From assembly GCA_942492855.1 (NCBI GenBank), contig OW818647.1, forward strand, positions 1,142,264-1,206,263: a stretch of 64,000 bases of DNA, given 5' to 3'. Below are positions 18,030 to 27,845 of this stretch, in pieces. The DNA is from Armatimonadota bacterium. GTDB taxonomy: Bacteria; Armatimonadota; HRBIN16. The notes beneath the pieces were generated by a model. The model did not search any database. It was given only the letters and a program-made list of their open reading frames with translations, and was not told the DNA's origin. Both the position numbers and the translations under genes were made by a program. How positions within the stretch are numbered: position 1 is the stretch's first letter; each line of letters opens with the position of its first letter.

Positions 18030-18332
18030 ATGCATACAGACACGGGAACCTGCGTACTGTGCGAACACACACCGGTTACGATTAGTCAAGACGATACAAA
18101 CCGAAAGCCATTCTACGAGTACACTTGCCCCCATTGCGGTGTTTTCAATATCACCCATAGTTTCAAGGACTTTTTGCCAGGTTACATTGCTCGAGACCCC
18201 CTGTTAGTCAAACGACTGCAAAGGTATCTTAAGGAACATCCAGTCGAAAATGTGATATTCACCCAACTACCAGACCCTATCGATACCTACGTCGTTCTAG
18301 ATGCAACATCAGCGATGGCGTTGCCAGCCTAA
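18030..18332 (+). CDS. Small zinc-ribbon protein (CxxC...CxxC)
   Basis: 100-aa ORF with the Cys pairs CVLC and CPHC. GGAG lies upstream. Confidence 0.35.
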   Translation: MHTDTGTCVLCEHTPVTISQDDTNRKPFYEYTCPHCGVFNITHSFKDFLPGYIARDPLLVKRLQRYLKEHPVENVIFTQLPDPIDTYVVLDATSAMALPA

Positions 18333-18339
18333 TCACCAT

Positions 18340-18870
18340 TCTTCGCGATGGCATGATGCCGCAGGCCTAGGGGCAATCCCCCGTGGTTGCCCAGCCTAAC
18401 GGTGCGCAGCACCTCAGCCGGCTTCTAGCCGGCTTTTCGGCCAAATAGCCGTGGCATTTATGCCGCGGGGCCAGATCGTGCGGGGTGGCGGATGACCCAC
18501 TTCGGGGTAGGGTTCTTTGGCATCTTTTCCAGGGGTTACGCTGCGCTTACCCCTGGCTATAATGAATCGCACCCGCTTCGGGGTGCCCGGAATGCCAACA
18601 AACCCCGTTGGTATTTCCTCCCCATCCGTGTCATCCGTGTAATCCGTGGTTCAGACGATCCGGGGGCTATCCGCCAGACCGCGCCGGATGATATCTGCAT
18701 GGCGATTGCGAGCGTACTGACAAACCGGCGCGGTCATTACCAAATCTGCGTCATCTGTGTAATCTGTGGATTGATATTCCCTCCGCGCTCTCTGCGTCGT
18801 CACCTGCGGTGGCGCGTGAGACTTCCCCTCTGTGCCCTCTGTGGTTTTGACGCATTTCGTTACCATCCGG
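18340..18870. repeat. Composite intergenic repeat cluster upstream of gyrA (a permuted copy of the modules at 1745-2290)
   Basis: CCATCCGTGTCATCCGTGTAATCCGTGGTTCAGAC, GGCTATCCGCCAGACCGCGCCGG, GAGCGTACTGACAAACCGGCGCGGTCA, TCTGCGTCATCTGTGTAATCTGTGGA and CCTCTGTGCCCTCTGTGGTT are all present. Confidence 0.6.
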
Positions 18871-18976
18871 AGTTTTGCTGGGAAGCGGTTCAATCTGTTA
18901 TAATATAGTGGGAATTTTAGTCAATTTCTGCTTGTACAGGCCCATCTCCGCACCCACGAAAGGACGTCACGCACCG

Positions 18977-21589
18977 ATGCCAGAAGACGAAAGCCAACCA
19001 ATACCGCTCGCAAATATAGTCAATGTATCGCTAGAGAAGGAACTCGCCACGTCGTATCTCGGATACGCCATGAGCACCATTATTGCACGTGCATTGCCCG
19101 ATGTTCGAGATGGTATGAAGCCGGTGCAACGGCGTATCCTCTTCGCCATGCGCGAACAGGGAGTGGGGCCTAACTCGGCCCATGTGAAGTGTTCCGCCGT
19201 TGTCGGCGAAACCATGAAGCGCTTCCACCCGCACGGCGACGGTGCCATCTATATGACTCTAGCGCGTATGGCGCAGGAGTTCTCACTGCGATATCCGCTC
19301 ATCTCAGGACAGGGAAACTTCGGCTCCATTGACGGCGACAGCCCGGCCGCCATGCGGTATACGGAATGCCGCCTCAGCCAGGTTGCCATGGAGATGATGG
19401 AGGATATCGACAAGGAGACGGTCGACTGGGAAGACAACTACGACCAGTCCACCAAAGAACCCACCATCCTCACGGGTAAGTTCCCCAACTTCCTGTGCAA
19501 CGGTGGTCAGGGTATCGCCGTGGGTATGGCCACCAACCTGGCACCGCACAACCTGCGCGAAATTGTGGATGCGCTAACCCTGCTGATCGACCACCCTGAC
19601 AGCACCATCGCGGAGCTGATGCAGGTGGTCACCGGACCGGACTTCCCCACCTACGGCCTCATTTTGGGCACAAAGGGAATCCAGGGAGCCTACGAAAAAG
19701 GCCGCGGCCAGGTGATCATGCAGGCCAAAACGCAGTTCGAGCCGATGGACAACGGCAAACACTGCATCGTCATTACAGAGCTTCCTTACCAGGTGAACAA
19801 GGCGCGCTTAATTGAGCAAATTGCCGACCTGGTGAAACAGAAGCGTGTGGACGGCATCACTGGTCTAGACGACTTTACCGACCGAACCGGTATGCGCGTG
19901 GTGATCGAGCTTCGGCGCGACGCCAACCCGCACAAGATACTAAACTTCCTGCTCAAGCATACCCCGATGCGCAGCACCTTCGGCTTAATCATGCTGGCAC
20001 TCGATGCCAACACCCCGCGCGTCATGAATCTGAAGCAGGTGCTCAACCACTACCTGATGCACCGGCACCAGGTCATCACCCGCCGCACCATTTACGAAGT
20101 GTTCCGCGCTCAGCAGCGTGCCCATGTGCTGGAAGGCTTGCAGATTGTCGTCCGCGAACTGGATGAGATCATCAAGATCATCCGCCATTCGAGCAACCCG
20201 GAAGCCGCGCGCCGCGAGATCATGAAGCGGTTTGACCTCACCCAAATCCAGGCTGAGGCCATTCTAAGCATGCAGCTCCGCCAGTTGACCGGCCTGGAAC
20301 AGACACGCCTGGAAGACGAGTATAAGGATCTTCTGCGCACCATCGCCCACCTGGAAGACATCCTGGTTGATGATGCCCGCATCTGGGAGATTATCAAGGG
20401 CGAACTGAAGGAGATGCGCGACAAGTACGGCGACGACCGCCGCACCCGCATCATCGCCACCGAAGCCAGCGACATCGGCGAAGAGGATATGATCCCTGAA
20501 GAGGATATGCTGATCACCATCACCCGTGATGGCTACATCAAGCGTCTACCGATGGACTCGTTCAAAATCCAGCACCGAGGCGGTAAGGGTGTCATCGCAG
20601 CGAACAAGAAGGAAGAGGACAGCCTCGAGCATATCTTCCAGATCAGCACGCACCATTACATCCTGTTCTTCACCAACAGGGGCCGTGTCTACCGACTGAA
20701 GGCTTACGAAGTGCCCCAGTCCAGCAGACAAGCCAAGGGTATGCCCATCATCAACCTGATTCGCATTGAATCCGATGATGTGCTGACCGCTGTGGTGAGC
20801 GTGAAGGACTTCCGCGAAGACCGGTTCCTGATGATGGCCACCCAGAAGGGTGAAGTGAAACGCACCTCACTCAGCAACCTGGCGAACCTTCGGGCCAACG
20901 GCCTGTTCTGCTTCAACGTGGAAGAGGGCGATGAGCTGGGATGGGTAACTTGCACCGATGGCGACGAAGAGCTGGTGCTCATCACCGCCGAGGGCATGAG
21001 CCTTCGCTTTAAGGAGACCGATGTGCGCGCCTCCGGACGACAGTCTGGCGGTGTGCGCGGTATCCGGCTGGAAGACAACGACCAGCTTGTGGCGATGGTG
21101 AAGCTGCAGGAAGACCGCGATCTGCTGGTCATCAGCGAGAACGGCTTCGGCAAGCGGACCCCGTTGAATAGCTACCGTCAGCAAACGCGCGGCGGTAAGG
21201 GCATCATCACCATGAATGTCACCAGCAAGACGGGCACGGTTGTGGGCGCCCGAGCGGTAGTGCCCGATGAGCAGGTGATCCTGGTCACCGCGGGCGGTAA
21301 GGCGATCCGCTGCAGTGTGGGCGACATCCGGCAGAGCGGGCGCAACGCCTCTGGTGTGCGCATCATGCGCATAGGCGAAGGCGAACGGGTGAGTGCTGTG
21401 GCGAGAATTAACAACGCCATAGACGAAGAGAGCCCGGAAGCAGGAGCCGCACCGGCCGCTAAGAAGGCCAAGCCGGTCAGTGCCGATGATGACACCGAGT
21501 TGATGGACGATGTGGACATCATCGATGAAGAGCTTCTGGACGACGAGGAGCTTGAGGACATCGAGGATACCACAGAGGACGAAGAGTAG
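18977..21589 (+). CDS. gyrA: DNA gyrase subunit A
   Basis: Canonical GyrA motifs are present: the active-site region [10 protein letters not shown], six C-terminal beta-pinwheel blades and an acidic C-terminal tail. The start is placed at [10 protein letters not shown] (the track ORF begins at 18875). Confidence 0.93.
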   Translation: MPEDESQPIPLANIVNVSLEKELATSYLGYAMSTIIARALPDVRDGMKPVQRRILFAMREQGVGPNSAHVKCSAVVGETMKRFHPHGDGAIYMTLARMAQEFSLRYPLISGQGNFGSIDGDSPAAMRYTECRLSQVAMEMMEDIDKETVDWEDNYDQSTKEPTILTGKFPNFLCNGGQGIAVGMATNLAPHNLREIVDALTLLIDHPDSTIAELMQVVTGPDFPTYGLILGTKGIQGAYEKGRGQVIMQAKTQFEPMDNGKHCIVITELPYQVNKARLIEQIADLVKQKRVDGITGLDDFTDRTGMRVVIELRRDANPHKILNFLLKHTPMRSTFGLIMLALDANTPRVMNLKQVLNHYLMHRHQVITRRTIYEVFRAQQRAHVLEGLQIVVRELDEIIKIIRHSSNPEAARREIMKRFDLTQIQAEAILSMQLRQLTGLEQTRLEDEYKDLLRTIAHLEDILVDDARIWEIIKGELKEMRDKYGDDRRTRIIATEASDIGEEDMIPEEDMLITITRDGYIKRLPMDSFKIQHRGGKGVIAANKKEEDSLEHIFQISTHHYILFFTNRGRVYRLKAYEVPQSSRQAKGMPIINLIRIESDDVLTAVVSVKDFREDRFLMMATQKGEVKRTSLSNLANLRANGLFCFNVEEGDELGWVTCTDGDEELVLITAEGMSLRFKETDVRASGRQSGGVRGIRLEDNDQLVAMVKLQEDRDLLVISENGFGKRTPLNSYRQQTRGGKGIITMNVTSKTGTVVGARAVVPDEQVILVTAGGKAIRCSVGDIRQSGRNASGVRIMRIGEGERVSAVARINNAIDEESPEAGAAPAAKKAKPVSADDDTELMDDVDIIDEELLDDEELEDIEDTTEDEE

Positions 21590-21618
21590 TCTGGCGATTA
21601 CCGGCTAGACATCACAGC

Positions 21619-21647
21619 AGGGGCGGTTGAAAAACCGCCCCTTTTTG
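21619..21647 (+). terminator. Rho-independent terminator after gyrA (AGGGGCGGTT gaaa AACCGCCCCT TTTTG)
   Basis: A perfect 10-bp GC-rich stem followed by a T-run, 30 nt after the gyrA stop. Confidence 0.8.
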
Positions 21648-21649
21648 CG

Positions 21650-21955
21650 TACCGAGGGGTGTTTCACAGCCGGATGTATTTGCAGTTGATGATCCACAGA
21701 TCAGGAAACGACCGCGCCGGTTTTTTAACAAGATACCAATCGCCTAACAGCCCATCCCGGCGCGGTCTGGCGGACAGCCCACATCAGCAGCCCATCCCGC
21801 CGCGACATCAATGTCTCGGCTATTAGCCAATAAGCCTGCTGAAGCAGTCTGGGTCGCCGTTGGCGTGAATATCCTCAGCCCGTTTCAACGGGCTTCCGTT
21901 TAATTAGCCGTGGCATTCATGCCGCGGAATGGAAGGCGAGGCCCAAACTGAGCCC
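21650..21955. repeat. Composite intergenic repeats (GACCGCGCCGG, GGCGGACAGCC, the CCGCGACATCAATGTCTCGGCTA hairpin, the CCCGTTTCAACGGGCTTC hairpin and GCCGTGGCATTCATGCCGCGG)
   Basis: Shared subunits with 830-1130, 13630-13700 and 43820-43970. Confidence 0.55.
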
Positions 21956-21958
21956 CAG

Positions 21959-22906
21959 TTACCACACAAACACCGTGCCACGGAGCTTGTTCAGATCATC
22001 GCGTAGAGTGTCGTATATGCCTTTAGCCTGTTCCACCGGCACGATGTCCTGCATCAACGGTCCGATCTGCACCATACCGCGCGAAACGAGACGGCAGAGC
22101 TCCGCCAGGTCGGAGTTGTCAAAATGACTGTTCTGTTTGATGCACAGCTCATGACCCTGACCGATGTTGAAGTCATACTTCACCTCAAACCTGCCGGCAA
22201 TCAGCATCAAACGTCCCCGCGTAGCGGTCGCACCAATCAGGCGATCCTCCATACCGGGAACGCCCGCGAAGTCCGCCACCACCTGGTAGCTGAAGTCCTG
22301 GACGTTCTGTGCCCACCCCTCGCCAGCGGAGTTAAACACGTGCTCTGCAGCACCGATCTGACGGGCAAACTCCAGCCTGCCCTCGTCGATGTCACAGATA
22401 CTCACTTTTGCACCCATCACATTGAATATCTGCGTGGCCACCTGCCCGATATAACCGGCTCCTACCACCAAAACACGCTCACCCAGGCGCACATCGGCGT
22501 TACGGCAGGTGCGCATGGCTACGCTGGCCATACCGAACAAGGCCGCCTGCTTCGGGTCCACGCTTGAGGGCAATTTGGTCAAAAGCCAATCTTCGGGCAC
22601 GGTCGCATACTCCACATGATTCTCGCTTGAGAAGATGACATCGCCCACCTGCAGGATTTTGCAGTCCGGACCGGTCTCTATCACCTCTCCTACGTTCTGG
22701 TATCCCCACAATGCGGGCAGCCGTTCTGTAGGGGTGGCGTAGTTGCCTGCCATCAAGTCATTGCGCTCGGTGCCATTAGTGATTCCGGTGTATAGGGTGC
22801 GTGTCTTGACCTGGTTGCCCACGGGTGCCGCGGGTTCGGGCCAGTCCGTCACCATCACCTTTTCACGCAGACCGTCTTCTCGTAGTCGTGTGACCAGTGT
22901 TCTCAT
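21959..22906 (-). CDS. Medium-chain dehydrogenase/reductase family oxidoreductase (Zn-ADH-like)
   Basis: Rossmann GxGxxG motif (VVGAGYIGQ) and a GroES-like N-terminal domain. Confidence 0.55.
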   Translation of the reverse strand: MRTLVTRLREDGLREKVMVTDWPEPAAPVGNQVKTRTLYTGITNGTERNDLMAGNYATPTERLPALWGYQNVGEVIETGPDCKILQVGDVIFSSENHVEYATVPEDWLLTKLPSSVDPKQAALFGMASVAMRTCRNADVRLGERVLVVGAGYIGQVATQIFNVMGAKVSICDIDEGRLEFARQIGAAEHVFNSAGEGWAQNVQDFSYQVVADFAGVPGMEDRLIGATATRGRLMLIAGRFEVKYDFNIGQGHELCIKQNSHFDNSDLAELCRLVSRGMVQIGPLMQDIVPVEQAKGIYDTLRDDLNKLRGTVFVW

Positions 22907-22909
22907 CGG

Positions 22910-23599
22910 TTAGGACCTCCCCGCACACCAGCGAATGCCGTGTGCTAATACATGTCTGAAGTTGGGGTTTGCATACGCCGTATTATCATGACCGCTCTGG
23001 TAGCAGAACACCCTTGAAGCTCGATGCTGGCGGGTCCATGCGATCGCCTTCATGCTCTTTGGATGGTCAGCCGTGATCAGCACATGGCAATCATCGCCCG
23101 GTTCATCCATCGTGTAGCTCTCGTCTACCATCTGCCAGTCGGTAAGTCCAGATGTGATCGGGTGGTCACTATCGGCGACATGGTAATCCACCGTCTCTCC
23201 GATATGGTAACCGAAACCGCGGTTCTCTATCCCGATGATATCTGACCATATGGGCCAGTTGGGGTATGCCAGTATGGAGTGGTGAAGCATGAATATGCCC
23301 TGCTTCGTGTCGCCGAGTTGCTCAAGGCTAGCTTGAACCTGCGACTCCCACCAGCCCGCATCCTGGCCGGGTAGTTCCATGTGCATGTTGTAGAACATCA
23401 CCACATCATACTGTTCGCGAATTTCTTTGGGAGTTGTGTTCCAGTCATCCATATGTTGGATGTAGGTATTCACACCCTCAAGGCTGCGAAATGCGGAATG
23501 AAATCCGATCACATCATACGGATGCCGTCCGGTAATAACAGCGAGTCTGAGTTCTTCCATGTTGCTGTGCGACCGCCTTTCCACGGTAAATTGATTCAC
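22910..23599 (-). CDS. ThuA-family protein (class I glutamine-amidotransferase-like)
   Basis: 229-aa ORF with ThuA-like motifs (GFHSA, HHSILAYPNWP). Confidence 0.55.
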   Translation of the reverse strand: MNQFTVERRSHSNMEELRLAVITGRHPYDVIGFHSAFRSLEGVNTYIQHMDDWNTTPKEIREQYDVVMFYNMHMELPGQDAGWWESQVQASLEQLGDTKQGIFMLHHSILAYPNWPIWSDIIGIENRGFGYHIGETVDYHVADSDHPITSGLTDWQMVDESYTMDEPGDDCHVLITADHPKSMKAIAWTRQHRASRVFCYQSGHDNTAYANPNFRHVLAHGIRWCAGRS

Positions 23600-23633
23600 A
23601 GTCGCATTTTACCGGTGCATGGTAATGGCGTCT

Positions 23634-24590
23634 TTAGATGTTATGCGCAGGCTTTTGTCTAAAATCACTTTGGGGTGGTGGTTTTAGGGTGTTTCGGTAT
23701 GCCGCTGGGGATTTACCTGTGAGTTCAGTGAACATGCGCGTGAAGTGATGCACTGAGGTAAACCCCATCATATTTGCGATGACTTTCACGGGTAAATCTG
23801 TTTGGGTGAGGTATCGCCTGGCGGTTTCAATACGCATCTGGCGGAAATAGCGCATGGGGCTGGTTTGGTAATATTGTTTGAAACAGCGCAAAAAGTGTGA
23901 CACGCTCATATTGCTCATTTCAGCCAGCATGTCCAGATCAACAGAGTCGGCCATCTTCTCCGCCATATACCTGGAGACCTCGTCCAGAGTGTTCATGATA
24001 GAGGGCGATAGCAGTATGGTCTCATGTATCTGCTGGTAGTGATACAGGTGAGCAAGCAGGCGTGTCATCGCCGACTTGACCATCAGGCGGCTGTCCACAG
24101 TGGCGCGGGAGGTGTTGTTGAAGATGTCATAAAAGCATTGTTCATACACCAGCGGATCAAACCGCACGATTTTGTCAGGCAGTGCATAGTCAGGATATAA
24201 AGTGGGGTCAGGACGCATCAATTCCGTGTGAGACAGTGTCTCAGATACCGATGGGTAACCGGAAGGTATATGGGCACTGTTCGGCTGTTCCACGAAGTCA
24301 AAATGCAGGTTCAGCATCAACAGGCTGCTTCCGGTATCGGTGTGAAATGAGTGGGGAACTCCAGGGCGTATCAAGAAGAGGGTGTAGGGCTCCTGCCTGT
24401 ATACACGGTCTCCAATGCCCACCCATCCTGTGCCAGAGCGTGTGTAGAACAGCAAGTGATCGAATATCACACGGTGCTCCACTTGAAAGACGTCTCCAAC
24501 GGCGAAATGATGTGCCAGACGCACATAAGGCGACACCTGCATCATGAAGTCGTCTAGCGCCTTACCCTTCCTCTCATGGTCATTCTGCAT
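23634..24590 (-). CDS. AraC-family transcriptional regulator (N-terminal cupin plus C-terminal double HTH)
   Basis: The C-terminal region HFLRCFKQYYQTSPMRYFRQMRIETARRYL...FTSVHHFTRMFTELTGKSPAAYR matches the AraC HTH signature. Confidence 0.8.
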   Translation of the reverse strand: MQNDHERKGKALDDFMMQVSPYVRLAHHFAVGDVFQVEHRVIFDHLLFYTRSGTGWVGIGDRVYRQEPYTLFLIRPGVPHSFHTDTGSSLLMLNLHFDFVEQPNSAHIPSGYPSVSETLSHTELMRPDPTLYPDYALPDKIVRFDPLVYEQCFYDIFNNTSRATVDSRLMVKSAMTRLLAHLYHYQQIHETILLSPSIMNTLDEVSRYMAEKMADSVDLDMLAEMSNMSVSHFLRCFKQYYQTSPMRYFRQMRIETARRYLTQTDLPVKVIANMMGFTSVHHFTRMFTELTGKSPAAYRNTLKPPPQSDFRQKPAHNI

Positions 24591-24763
24591 ATCTCACCTC
24601 TTCAGCCATCGTAACACCTCATATTAACCATGCTGCGGTCATTACGCAAATATAGTGTTCTACCGACATGCCCGAAGCCGTCATATGCAAATCACCGTAT
24701 GGGTTACACTATTATGGGGCTGGTTTGGATGCCCCGTATCAATATGAATCAATTAGGAGTCTG

Positions 24764-25204
24764 ATGGATAAATCCGCTTTAGGCACCATTCTGACCGTAA
24801 CTTCAATCCTCGGGATTGGTCTATATGGTGTCAGTTTCAAGTATATATCGTTGAAGAGGCTGCATCTGCCCTCCGTCAATATCGGAATGTATGTCACATC
24901 CACTACAGCCATCGCCATAGCCGCCATGATGCTGGGCGGGTTCCCGCACACCTGGCAGTTTTACGCCTTCGGTATTGCCATGGGATTGGGTGCGTACGGC
25001 TTCGTCTCCTTCCTGCGAGTGGCCAGTTCGCTGGGCTCCACCGCGATCTGCTGGACGATCACGCAGATGGCCATCGTGATGCCTTTCCTGGCCTCTTTTC
25101 TGGTGTATCACGAGATGCCCAGGTGGAACCACTGGCTGGGCTTAGCCATCACTGGTATAGGTGTGGCCATGCTGGGTGCTGATGTGAAGGAAAAACAACA
25201 ATGA
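24764..25204 (+). CDS. EamA/DMT-superfamily half-transporter (4 TM helices), first of a translationally coupled pair
   Basis: The start MDKSALG was chosen because AGGAG lies 7 nt upstream. The ORF is entirely hydrophobic and its stop overlaps the next ATG (ATGA). Confidence 0.5.
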   Translation: MDKSALGTILTVTSILGIGLYGVSFKYISLKRLHLPSVNIGMYVTSTTAIAIAAMMLGGFPHTWQFYAFGIAMGLGAYGFVSFLRVASSLGSTAICWTITQMAIVMPFLASFLVYHEMPRWNHWLGLAITGIGVAMLGADVKEKQQ

Positions 25205-25626
25205 AATACATGCAAGCGGTGACCGCCGTGTTCCTGACCAACGGATTTGTGATGCTGCTGATGCAGTATCTGCCCAAAAGCGGTGTGACAGACGGATATG
25301 TGGTGCCGTGCCTGGCACTGATGTGCGGCACCGGTATGATATTCAGTTTCTTCGTGAAGGGCGAGAAGAAGCCCGATGACACTGCACCAAAGCTTGGCTC
25401 GGTGGGTGCCGGAGTAATAGCCGGGTTGTTCTGGGCCGCCGGATTAACTACGCAGGTGCTGGCCGTGCCGCTGGTGCCAGGTTACATTTTGTTTCCGGTG
25501 ATCGCCGGGGCCAACACGCTGATGGTCACTATCGTCTCTCGTTATGTGTTCAAAGAACACATCGGTAAGCGTGGGATGATCGGCATCGGCCTGTGTGTGC
25601 TGGCGATTGTGCTGCTAAGCGTATAA
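25201..25626 (+). CDS. EamA/DMT-superfamily half-transporter, second of the pair
   Basis: 141-aa hydrophobic ORF with 4 predicted TM segments and a 4-nt overlap with the upstream gene. Confidence 0.5.
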   Translation: MKYMQAVTAVFLTNGFVMLLMQYLPKSGVTDGYVVPCLALMCGTGMIFSFFVKGEKKPDDTAPKLGSVGAGVIAGLFWAAGLTTQVLAVPLVPGYILFPVIAGANTLMVTIVSRYVFKEHIGKRGMIGIGLCVLAIVLLSV

Positions 25627-25659
25627 CCGCGGATTACCGGGTGGGGTGAAGGCGGCCCC

Positions 25660-27492
25660 TTACCCCTGCAGCACCTTGATGGCGGTGTTCACATTGCCAA
25701 ATGGTGCGCTGACCTGGAAGCCTGCCACCACGTCGCCGATCTGCAGGCACATCTCGCGGGCAATCTCAATGCCCGTCTCGGCACCCTCCTGCTTGGTGTG
25801 GCAGCGGCGCATCCGCTCCATTAACTCATCAGGCACCACCACGCCGGGCACCTCGTTGCACATAAACTCCGCGTTCTTGAAGCTGGCAAACGGCCAAACC
25901 CCGGCCACAATCGGGATGTCGGAGAAGGCGCGTATCTGCTCAATGATCCGCAGCAGAGCCTCACTATCGAACACCGGCTGCGTGATGGCATACTCCGCAC
26001 CCGCGTCGATCTTCCGACGGAACCGCTCCAGCTCGCGGCTCAACTCCACCGCGCAGGGGTTCAGTCCCACACCGATCAAGATGCCCGTGGGGGGCACCAG
26101 CGGGTTTCCGCCCAGATCGACCCCGGCATTCAGGTTGCTGGCGAGTTGCGCCAGACCGATCGCATCCACATCGAATACACCCGTCACGTCGGGGTAATCC
26201 CCCAGTTTCGGAGGGTCGCCGGTAATCAGCAGGAAGTTGGTCAAACCCGCGCTAAACCCGCCCAGCAGGTCGCTTTGCATCCCGATCAGGTTGCGGTCAC
26301 GGCAGCAGTAGTGCAGCACCGGCTCGATTCCGACCTGCTGCTTGATGGCCACCGCGGCCATCATCGGCGAAATCCGTGCGCTGGCCCGGGGGCCGTCAGG
26401 GATGTTGATGGCGTCCACCCCCGCCAGGTAGCAGGTCTGCGCCTTCTGAAGCATCGAGCGGAGGTCACTGGATTTCGGCGGGAGGATCTCCACGCTGGAG
26501 ACGCGTTCGCCGCGGCTGAGCTTGGCGCCCATCCGGCTCTTCTGCGCCATGCTGAGGGGTTGCACATCGGGCGATTTCTGCTCAATCGGCTTCACTACCG
26601 CGGCGCGGCGCACGGTGCTGACCGCTTTCACCGCCCTGCTCATCTCGGCGATGTGCTCCGGAGTGGTGCCGCAGCATCCGCCTACCCCGCGCGCACCCAT
26701 CTGCACCATGCGCTTGGCGTATGAGGTGAAATACTCCGGGCTGGTCAGATACAGCATCCGCCCCTCAACCTGGCGCGGGCTGCCCGCGTTGGGCATCACC
26801 ACCACAGGCTTGGAGGTGCAGGCCATCACGCGCTTCAACAGATCGGTCAACGCCGCAGGCCCGCTTCCGCAGTTCATGCCCACGATGCTCACGCCATGAT
26901 GGGCGTCCATCTGCGTGGTGATCTGCTCGATGGTGCTACCGCGCGCGGTGCTGCCTGACTCATCGTAGGCGAAGGAGAGCATCACCGCGATATCCAGACC
27001 CTCTGCCGCCTGCAGCGCGAGTTTTGCTTCGTCCCAGTCGCTGAAGGTCTCCAGCAGGATAAAATCCGCGCCGGCCTCGGCAAGTGCCTGGATGCTTTCC
27101 TGGAAGGCGGCCAGAACATCCGCCCGGTTATCGGCTCCCAGATACTGCCCTGGCCGAAGGCATGGCCCCACCGAGGCGGCGACCAGACCCTCCACACCCA
27201 GCTCCTGCCGCGCGATGCGCACCGCCTCACGGCAGATGTCGACGCACCTCTCCGCCAGCCCAAACTCGGCCAGCTTGATGCGGTTCGCGCCAAAGCTGTT
27301 GGTGGTGATCACATCCGCACCGGCCTTCACATACGCGCGGTGTATCTCAGCAATTAGACCGGGGTTGCTCAGGCAAATCTCGTCAAAGCATTTGTTCAGG
27401 AACACCCCGCGCTGATATAGCATCGTGCCCATCGCGCCGTCGAATACGAGCGGTGTCTGCTGGATTCGGCTGATGATTTCTGCGGATGTCAT
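25660..27492 (-). CDS. yitJ: Bifunctional homocysteine S-methyltransferase / 5,10-methylenetetrahydrofolate reductase (YitJ-like)
   Basis: The N-terminal Hcy-binding domain has the Zn-ligand motif GGCCGTTPEH. The C-terminal half is MTHFR-like. Total length is 610 aa. Confidence 0.8.
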   Translation of the reverse strand: MTSAEIISRIQQTPLVFDGAMGTMLYQRGVFLNKCFDEICLSNPGLIAEIHRAYVKAGADVITTNSFGANRIKLAEFGLAERCVDICREAVRIARQELGVEGLVAASVGPCLRPGQYLGADNRADVLAAFQESIQALAEAGADFILLETFSDWDEAKLALQAAEGLDIAVMLSFAYDESGSTARGSTIEQITTQMDAHHGVSIVGMNCGSGPAALTDLLKRVMACTSKPVVVMPNAGSPRQVEGRMLYLTSPEYFTSYAKRMVQMGARGVGGCCGTTPEHIAEMSRAVKAVSTVRRAAVVKPIEQKSPDVQPLSMAQKSRMGAKLSRGERVSSVEILPPKSSDLRSMLQKAQTCYLAGVDAINIPDGPRASARISPMMAAVAIKQQVGIEPVLHYCCRDRNLIGMQSDLLGGFSAGLTNFLLITGDPPKLGDYPDVTGVFDVDAIGLAQLASNLNAGVDLGGNPLVPPTGILIGVGLNPCAVELSRELERFRRKIDAGAEYAITQPVFDSEALLRIIEQIRAFSDIPIVAGVWPFASFKNAEFMCNEVPGVVVPDELMERMRRCHTKQEGAETGIEIAREMCLQIGDVVAGFQVSAPFGNVNTAIKVLQG

Positions 27493-27519
27493 GGGTGTGC
27501 TCCTGTGGTGTGTATATTA

Positions 27520-27660
27520 ACTGGACGAGTTGATGGATGGTAGGGGCGACCGGCGGTCGCCCTAGGGCGGTTCTCGAACCGCCCCTACAAATATTTGGTA
27601 ACACCGGCACCGCATGCGATGCCCCTACAAGGGCGGTTCGCGAACCGCCCCGATGGCTGC
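27520..27660. repeat. Three GTAGGGGC-family palindromic units (TAGGGGCGACCGGCGGTCGCCCTA, GGGCGGTTCTCGAACCGCCCCTAC, CCCCTACAAGGGCGGTTCGCGAACCGCCCC)
   Basis: The palindromes are visible directly in the sequence. Confidence 0.6.
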
Positions 27661-27662
27661 GC

Positions 27663-27836
27663 CTAATCCAGCGGGTCGAATTCGCTCTTGCCCACGTAAC
27701 AGGTGGGGCATATCCAGTCATCCGGCAGGTCGTAGAACGCGGTGCCAGGCGCGATGCCGTTGTCAGGGTCACCCAGCTCGGGGTCATAAACATAGCCACA
27801 ATGGATGCAGATAAACTTGCCAGTATCAGGTGCCAA
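27663..27836 (-). CDS. Rubredoxin (57 aa) with a TTG start. It is absent from the ORF track.
   Basis: Minus-strand translation gives (M)[56 protein letters not shown]. It has both CxxCG motifs and the GDPDNGI/DLPDDW rubredoxin signature. AGGAG lies 5 nt upstream of the TTG. Every codon was checked by hand. Confidence 0.8.
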   Translation of the reverse strand: MAPDTGKFICIHCGYVYDPELGDPDNGIAPGTAFYDLPDDWICPTCYVGKSEFDPLD

Positions 27837-27845
27837 TGATGTCTC

